Below, in pieces: positions 30,501-34,543 of a stretch of DNA of 34,543 bases. Source of the DNA: a virus (lineage: Duplodnaviria; Caudoviricetes); IMG/VR virus record IMGVR_UViG_3300029448_000176, positions 1 to 34,543 of that record; one strand, written 5' to 3'. A program made the translations under genes and the position numbers. Positions within the stretch are counted from its first letter, which is position 1, and each line of letters opens with the position of its first letter. Under the pieces are notes generated by a model, which saw only the letters and a list, made by a program, of their open reading frames with translations, had not been told where the DNA came from and searched no databases.

Positions 30501-33062
30501 GCTTTAAAAATAGCTAGAAATGTAAACGCGCCAATTAAAAAGATTAGAGTATTTGATTTTGATGATACACTTGCTACAAGTAATAACATCGTAATAGCTA
30601 CTAGTCCTGACGGCGCCACAATAGAATTAAACGCAGAGGAATTTGCTGAAAAAGGAGCAGATCTAAAAAACCAAGGTTATAAAATGGACTTTAGTGATTT
30701 TAATAGAGTAACTGATGGTGGTCGTGGTCCTTTATTTAAGGTAGCTGAAAAGATTAGAAATGCTAGAGGTAATGAAGATCTTTTTGTATTAACAGCAAGA
30801 GCTCCTGAATCGCAAGGCGCTATATATGATTTTTTAAAATCACAAGGTTTAGAATTTAAAAAAGAGAATATAGTTGGACTAGGTAATTCTACTGGTGAAG
30901 CTAAAGCAAACTGGGTAATTAGTAAAGCAGCTGAGGGATATAATGATTTTTACTTTGCAGACGATGCAATACAAAATGTTAATGCTGTGAGAAAAGCTTT
31001 AGAAGTTATTGACGTTAAGTCTCAAGTACAACAAGCTAAAATGAAATTTGCTAAGAATATTGACGTTGACTTTAATAAGATAATTGAACAAAAAACAGGT
31101 ATTGCTGCTGAAAAAGAATTTAGTGAAGCTAAAGCTCAAGTAAGAGGTGCTAATAAAAATAAGTTTCAATTCTTTATACCTTATTCTGCAGAAGATTTTC
31201 AAGGTTTAATATATCCTTTATTATCTAAAGGCACTTTAGGTGATGCTCAAATGGCTTGGTTTAAAACGCACTTGTCTGATCCTTATGCTAGAGCAATGGA
31301 AAATCTATCACAAGATAGACTTAATTTAATGAATGATTTTAAAACATTAAAGAATAAGTTAAATGTGCCTAAAGATTTACAAAAAGAAACTGACAGTGGC
31401 TTTTCAAATGAACAAGCAGTAAGAGTTTACTTATGGAACAAACAAGGACTTAAAATACCTGGACTTACTAAGACAGATACAAAAGAGTTGGTTAAACAAG
31501 TTGAAACAAATTCTACTCTACACGAGTTTGCAGATCAAATTTCTACCATAAATAAAGATCCTTACACCAAACCTGATAAAAGTTGGTTAGCTGGTAGTAT
31601 AACTTCTGATTTGTTAAGAGGTTTAAGAGAAGTTAAACGTCCAAAGTATTTAGAAGAGTGGCAGCAAAATGCTGATTTAATATTTAGCGAAAAAAATCTT
31701 AACAAACTTGAAGCTGCTTATGGTCCTAAGTATAGAGAAGCTATGGAGAATATACTTAAACGTATGAAGTCAGGTAGTAATAGAGTTGGTGAAGCAAGCA
31801 GGTTAGGTGGTACAATACTTAACTATATAAATGGATCTAACGCTGCTATAATGTTCTTTAATACTAGATCTGCGGTGTTGCAAACAATATCAAGTATAAA
31901 CTTTTTAAATTGGAACTTTAATAACCCTTTAAAAGCAGGCCAAGCTTTAGCTAACCAACCTCAATACTGGAAAGATTTTATGACATTAATGAACTCAGAC
32001 TTTTTAAGAGATAGACGTAATGGCTTAAGAATAAATATAAATGAGTCTGAAATAGCTGATGCTGCTAAAACATCTAAGAATAAAGCTAAAGCAGCTATGG
32101 CATATATACTAGAAAAAGGTTATCTACCTACACAGTATGCTGATAGCTTTGCTATTGCAAGTGGTGGAGCTACATTTTACCGTAACAGAATTAAAGATTT
32201 AGTTAAAAATCAAGATATGTCTGAAGCGGATGCTGAAAAACAAGCAATGCGAGAGTTTAGAGAAATATCAGAAGAAAATCAACAGTCAAGTAGACCTGAT
32301 AAAATATCCCAACAACAGTCTAGTGATGCTGGTCGTTTAATACTTATGTTTGCTAATACACCTATGCAGTACGCTCGTTTACAAAAGAGAGCTTTTCAAG
32401 ATTTAGCTGCTGGTAGAGGTGATTCAAAAACTAATGTTAGTAAGTTAATTTACTACGGCGTTGTACAAAACATTATATTTAACTCTTTACAGCAAGCTAT
32501 GTTTGCTATAGGTTTTGGAGACGATGAAGAAAAAGATGAAAAAAGAGTTACAAGAACATTAAACGGCATGCTTGATTCTTTACTAAGAGGTTTAGGTATA
32601 GCTGGTGCTACTACTTCTGTAGTTAAAAACTTTTTACTAGATGTTTACGAAAGATCAGGAAGATCAAGGCCAGAATATGTAGATGCTGTATACAAGCTAT
32701 TACAAATATCACCACCTGTTAGTTCTAAAATATCTAAAGTAAGACAAGCTGCTTATCAGTTTGATAGTAAGAAAAGAAGAGAAGAAATAATGGATCAAGG
32801 TTTTAGTATTAAAAGCCCAGCGTTTATGGCTTTTGCTAAAATTGTTTCTGCTACAGCTAACATACCTCTTGATAGAGTATTACAAAAACTTGATAATATA
32901 GAAGGTGCTTTAGGTGAAGAGGCTGAGGTGTGGCAACGAATAGCAATGCTAGCAGGTTGGCCTAAATGGGATATACAACCCGATGGGAAAAGCAAAGTTA
33001 AAAAGAAAAAGAAAAAGAAAATTAATATTAAAAATATAAAACTTAAAAAAAGAACTATATGA
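24501..33062 (+). CDS. Giant polyvalent internal virion / ejection protein with zincin motif and HAD-superfamily domain
   Basis: 2853 aa. Gly/Ala hydrophobic segment near 26030-26150; HETLH at 27261-27275 with downstream AEE; HAD motifs FDFDDTL (30552), LTAR (30789), K in GEAKA and FADD (30954); helical C-terminal domain; poly-Lys tail. Confidence 0.75.
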   Translation: MYEIEGVKITREQLEAEAQRRGITFEALLAANKGKIVEVDENGVPILQAEIVEESVGESSEPAGNELLSIQEQDRFADSIMNPAKYDPANVNYESPQGQMVMGQPAVSGNFEMQDIAGPDFTPINTEELEALKAAQSYDGQVAKYNKKIKEIMSMQGVSQSDKLKLANEQPLPKFKDQSTYPGIEDYTKPQGLLAEVIEEKPDVIENEYLMTKKRDQVNEIIGPVGNEEMEFGETDAIQTDEELEEKAVESYVSMRKNDPIIKARLEEYKKMYLPNVEAYMNDLVDKGTYDTSTQAGVNAMQQAVNTYYANLIEQAMQQDNAVNVQSNKIAELIEQELGNKQVAMGRNKSKFYSFFDQVQSYIKPLPIPGITKTFLTGSVDFAESLAVNVADFTFDMGNTIGAQVDGMQIKANEEALAKLQDLRDKGGKDDDEVTIEITNPLGPSYPPISQTGTIFGLELQAGSNKMQGAESLLENIDQIEEFEGFQNLSKKAKFTDGISFSDLTIALGQSLPQMGAVMAGTGAAMIPGVGPVAAGIVGAMGQVAATSYFYADEYMNAVKQGILDNPDKYPGGDTKENMLKAIESGEFDNVAQDIAMAGTMSLLERIGAKGQLKAAQAVFKKSGIKNGVNKMYYDGVKHYLDKVKINAVNLNRSGRNELITEFFQTGLSQVNKGIKGEGGINDALRFVEPEELLEASLAGYSMGVALPFAGSIKSQVSDPINLAKNYVKEFNFKKPASNITRTEKFFAELKEQIKKKYSDADGNIIKKKEYQDEIARLSAIRNAGIKMPINFSKIQRQEATDLILEKDNLLRENETILPEFANDNKARINQINGRLNDLAEVEIQTRGVADVTTQLDDDIVDSFLTFDTSKELQEWLESKNVKDAEKLSQQRGLDLEIDGVEYAIQNNEKNSKSGFFSGMHETLHKFLKNTLKTNPEVVFPVAKILKKRLVELQKDPRVNQQDLKALDNTLQQYKDDESINSRVEAEEVITLFSEFANKGIIPFESKRFQGFRDATRRLMQELPGAKNLKFENELDVFNFIKDYNKSIRKGRFTRAQVRAAREGIDIGEDIQQVADAEEAARKPSDRDLKQAKDVDIEKIIENKDTSDPSVQQELAFQFYDDVLNYVRSGRFKINDTPVIELPQVSGVVEGDVNSADFGRKKEGAVLVEDIAMDIVTDADRGLRRIVSDYFKKPVNERGTLGQFVGGTKAFDLYRATEVAAKTLGLQSQDIAQESTEDFSKEEKPSLRKSMLDLSEEIEQQENVEALATDMAEAASKILSGKLKAPTSKDFIQDLQKQSSDLAFQRVKKLMGKPKSEQYTKFIEDYALAILNKTAQTTLNKRFNKLTEPVIDPETGKQVRTLTDESRAEGSRVKNPYAGNPKRQLKPDLDVQDMLEYFTPEQGRRDAKQNTLAEVAAFEFVVDAMPEALKTELDDGTTIAERRAELFGQDVVNAEIAYIARELGRGVDYKAAKNIVLPAELAEEFDAVKDQIVQAAQEYGIGIDEEYTEGFSQAIENVDPRITEALVDIMFTEDPELATGGEFVKGSIESLEKAGFPEVAAEIKKRNLIAVSNIKGIRVINEAPAKNLNKLGQIITKSLLDNRLIKSWNKTLDFLGYSNRLLNAAQETLNKATGQIEQGPFYVDRLKAQGSSYTNESQVKDIVISDIKPMNKSFGYMQSFSKKVFSTVSLESKLAMVEKERNIIEAAGIANKKVLSKLVLAMQKDLASGKRITKSQVYQFFQLQTGVIKGLRALTSLDYLYLIEGNQWIEGKKRPEVPSFLQLTEEEQQAKLQEFIDEFPEFKDRYDIRLEQKLNAIDKKTGEKKYTFEEARARAAFDPTLSAYRDLKTKGEHLVPNSVTMLELFDGVIRNNLDQAKLDQILAGHGQFFGPNYVADLLDTKGIEGGKKTGLTSQEGIFRLSKFLKNRPDISNNIYAPNGNKAFQEIVNTEIFFKASEDLNNSIKQAKNIDVDMLKALDVIQFDEAPSMNQVLQKAKIIDDALKIARNVNAPIKKIRVFDFDDTLATSNNIVIATSPDGATIELNAEEFAEKGADLKNQGYKMDFSDFNRVTDGGRGPLFKVAEKIRNARGNEDLFVLTARAPESQGAIYDFLKSQGLEFKKENIVGLGNSTGEAKANWVISKAAEGYNDFYFADDAIQNVNAVRKALEVIDVKSQVQQAKMKFAKNIDVDFNKIIEQKTGIAAEKEFSEAKAQVRGANKNKFQFFIPYSAEDFQGLIYPLLSKGTLGDAQMAWFKTHLSDPYARAMENLSQDRLNLMNDFKTLKNKLNVPKDLQKETDSGFSNEQAVRVYLWNKQGLKIPGLTKTDTKELVKQVETNSTLHEFADQISTINKDPYTKPDKSWLAGSITSDLLRGLREVKRPKYLEEWQQNADLIFSEKNLNKLEAAYGPKYREAMENILKRMKSGSNRVGEASRLGGTILNYINGSNAAIMFFNTRSAVLQTISSINFLNWNFNNPLKAGQALANQPQYWKDFMTLMNSDFLRDRRNGLRININESEIADAAKTSKNKAKAAMAYILEKGYLPTQYADSFAIASGGATFYRNRIKDLVKNQDMSEADAEKQAMREFREISEENQQSSRPDKISQQQSSDAGRLILMFANTPMQYARLQKRAFQDLAAGRGDSKTNVSKLIYYGVVQNIIFNSLQQAMFAIGFGDDEEKDEKRVTRTLNGMLDSLLRGLGIAGATTSVVKNFLLDVYERSGRSRPEYVDAVYKLLQISPPVSSKISKVRQAAYQFDSKKRREEIMDQGFSIKSPAFMAFAKIVSATANIPLDRVLQKLDNIEGALGEEAEVWQRIAMLAGWPKWDIQPDGKSKVKKKKKKKINIKNIKLKKRTI
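30396..30416 (+). repeat. 21-bp direct repeat, copy 1 (GCTAAGAATATTGACGTTGAC)
   Basis: Exact match to 31050-31070. Confidence 0.9.
31050..31070 (+). repeat. 21-bp direct repeat, copy 2
   Basis: Exact match to 30396-30416, offset 654 bp (218 codons, in frame). Confidence 0.9.
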
Positions 33063-33223
33063 GACAAAGATCATGCGCAATACCAATGACTAAGTATGAA
33101 ACGCCTATAGCTTTAAAAGATGCTTGTTATTACAAAGCTAAAAAAGCACATAAAGTTTTTCCATCAGCTTATGCTAGTGGTATGATAGCTAAATGTAGAA
33201 AAAACAAAGGTAAAAAGAAATGA
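33059..33223 (+). CDS. 54-aa basic Cys peptide (KDACY..PSAYASG..KCRK; DUF5872-like N-terminal module)
   Basis: Not in the ORF track. MRQRSCAIPMTKYETPIALKDACYYKAKKAHKVFPSAYASGMIAKCRKNKGKKK*, with ATGA overlaps at both ends (33059-62 and 33220-23). Confidence 0.85.
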   Translation: MRQRSCAIPMTKYETPIALKDACYYKAKKAHKVFPSAYASGMIAKCRKNKGKKK

Positions 33224-33750
33224 GTTTAAAAAACTTTGACTACGATAAGTTTAAAAAAACGAAGCCACCTAAAGATAATTCTTTAGAGACTTTTAAAGAA
33301 ATACAATCTATAAATAAGCTTAGAAAAGACGAAGACTTTGTTAAAAACAATGACAATATATACGATGCTTACGTTAGTGTTGTAGGTAAAGAAGACGGTG
33401 AGCAAATAAAAGACTTGATCAATAATTCAAATGACATAATACTTAAGTTAAAAAAGTATTTTAATAGACCAAGACCTAAGAAATTAGCTAAAAATTTTGG
33501 AATAAAATTAGAAGATATAGAACTTGACTCTATGAAAACACCTTCATATCCTTCTGGACACTCTGCTCAAGGATATTTAATAGCTGAAATATTAAAAGAT
33601 AAACACCCTACAAAGTCTGCAGAGCTAGATAAAAAAGCAAAAGATATTTCTGATAGTAGAAATATAGCTAGAGCTCATTACAAATCAGACAGTGATTTTG
33701 GTAAGAAAATAGGTTTAGATATGGCTAACCACTTAAGAGGTAATGTATGA
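33220..33750 (+). CDS. Soluble PAP2-superfamily phosphatase (acid phosphatase/haloperoxidase fold)
   Basis: All three motifs present: K-x6-RP (KKYFNRPRP), PSGH (YPSGH) and SR-x5-H-x3-D (SRNIARAHYKSD). No TM helices seen. Confidence 0.9.
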   Translation: MSLKNFDYDKFKKTKPPKDNSLETFKEIQSINKLRKDEDFVKNNDNIYDAYVSVVGKEDGEQIKDLINNSNDIILKLKKYFNRPRPKKLAKNFGIKLEDIELDSMKTPSYPSGHSAQGYLIAEILKDKHPTKSAELDKKAKDISDSRNIARAHYKSDSDFGKKIGLDMANHLRGNV

Positions 33751-34277
33751 AACAGAAATTAAAATGGCACGACTCAGATGCTCCAGACGCTAAAGGAAAG
33801 TTTAAAGAACTCGGCGCGGAAGAATTAGCTAAATGGGTTTATAAAACTAGAAAAGGTAATGCTCAAAAAATAAACGGAGCTTTTGTACAGCAAAGAAACT
33901 TTAATAAAAAAAGACCTGCTTACGCTGCTAAAATGGAAAGAGCTAGAAAAATAGCCATGAAGATGGCTGATAAAGAAAAAGGAAAATCTTTAGCTATGTA
34001 TACAAGATCAAGATCTCCACTAGCTGCCGTAAGAAAAACTAAGTCTGGCGCTAATTTAAAAAGATGGTTTAAAGAAGAGTGGAAAGATGAAAAAGGAAAT
34101 GTTTGCGGATCTGAAAAGAATAAAAATACTAAAGTATGTAGACCGTCTAAAAGAGTTAGTAGTGAATCGCCTAAGTCTTGGAGTGAAATGAGTAGTGGTG
34201 AAAAAAGAAAAGTAACAAGAGCTAAAAAGAAAGTTGGTATGGGAAGAAGAAGAGATTCTTCTAGTAACGTATCATAG
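33747..34277 (+). CDS. Basic two-module protein: WHDSDAPDA module plus DUF5872-like C-terminal module
   Basis: ATGA overlap with PAP2. The second half has LKRWFKEEW.D..CG..CRPSKRVS..PK...EMS. Confidence 0.7.
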   Translation: MKQKLKWHDSDAPDAKGKFKELGAEELAKWVYKTRKGNAQKINGAFVQQRNFNKKRPAYAAKMERARKIAMKMADKEKGKSLAMYTRSRSPLAAVRKTKSGANLKRWFKEEWKDEKGNVCGSEKNKNTKVCRPSKRVSSESPKSWSEMSSGEKRKVTRAKKKVGMGRRRDSSSNVS

Positions 34278-34323
34278 GAACGTAAAAAACTGGGCACCAT
34301 ACCCAAAAGTTCCTGTAACCAAG

Positions 34324-34349
34324 AAAGGGGATCGTAATGATCCCCTTTT
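34324..34349. terminator. Bidirectional intrinsic terminator between convergent units
   Basis: AAAGGGGATC-GTAAT-GATCCCCTTT perfect 10-bp stem, A-rich on the left and T-rich on the right. Confidence 0.88.
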
Positions 34350-34354
34350 ATTAT

Positions 34355-34396
34355 TTAACACCATGGGCAAAATCCGCCCGTACAATTGTCACACAT
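34355..34396 (-). CDS. 13-aa four-cysteine micropeptide MCDNCTGGFCPWC
   Basis: ATG lies 3 nt after the stop of the upstream - strand gene, with leader TTAAAATATAAACT. TAA lies just before the terminator. Confidence 0.6.
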   Translation of the reverse strand: MCDNCTGGFCPWC

Positions 34397-34399
34397 AGT

Positions 34400-34543
34400 T
34401 TATATTTTAATAGTTATACCTATTGACACTATAAAAGCGCCGCTTGCTATTGCAAGTGTGTTTGCATTAAAGCTTGGCTTTTGCTTATGCCAAATCATAT
34501 TAGTACCAGCCATTGTCATCATGCCAATACCACCTATTATTGC
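34400..34543 (-). CDS. Small membrane protein, C-terminal fragment truncated by window edge
   Basis: Open frame AIIGGIGMMTMAGTNMIWHKQKPSFNANTLAIASGAFIVSIGITIKI* with two hydrophobic segments. Confidence 0.7.
   Translation of the reverse strand, partial: AIIGGIGMMTMAGTNMIWHKQKPSFNANTLAIASGAFIVSIGITIKI

Noticed and set aside
24501-33062. Virion RNA polymerase as in Crassvirales or N4
   Set aside because: No DFDxD-type two-barrel catalytic loop in RNAP context was seen. DFDDT belongs to a full HAD motif set and IDVD is part of the linker repeat.
307-34306. Minus-strand ORFs in the track (e.g. 515-835, 4307-4597, 22982-23491, 32795-33067, 33920-34306)
   Set aside because: They are antisense shadows of well-supported + strand genes, with composition explained by the reverse complement of Lys/Glu-rich codons.
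1-34543. Stop-codon reassignment as in some crAss-like phages
   Set aside because: Genes tile the window densely under the standard code, and TAA, TGA and TAG all occur at plausible gene ends.
1-34543. CRISPR array, tRNA, diversity-generating retroelement, integrase or IS element
   Set aside because: Intergenic gaps are too short, and no repeat-spacer array, cloverleaf, reverse transcriptase, recombinase or transposase motif was seen by eye.

Overview
This AT-rich window is the lysis, packaging and virion-morphogenesis (late) region of a tailed dsDNA phage with podovirus-type gene order. The host is most likely a Bacteroidota/Flavobacteriia bacterium, inferred from SD-less AT-rich leaders and from resemblance to Cellulophaga phi38:1-like and crAss-related structural modules. 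Nearly all genes are on the + strand. Order: end of an amidase endolysin, a TM/coiled-coil protein, a small basic Cys protein, a zincin-motif protein, a 3TM-holin-like protein, small genes, a tandem GroES-like protein, probable TerS, TerL, portal, scaffold, major capsid protein, a decoration candidate, two ring/tubular proteins, a muzzle/stabilization protein in two genes, a GNAT-like gene, two ejection-type proteins and a 2853-aa polyvalent protein. Three ATGA-coupled small genes follow (basic Cys peptide, PAP2 phosphatase, basic Cys protein), then a bidirectional terminator meeting a convergent - strand unit. Main observations: (1) the giant protein has a HExxH zincin motif and four K-x-A-K-[ND]-[IV] linkers at apparent domain boundaries, suggesting a self-processing injected polyprotein; (2) its HAD domain is bracketed by an exact in-frame 21-bp direct repeat; (3) dispersed small basic Cys-rich modules share an [ST]P[LI]A motif with a second zincin protein; (4) an unannotated 13-aa CxxC-x5-CxxC micropeptide lies on the - strand. 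Family names come from motif recognition and memory; no searches were run.
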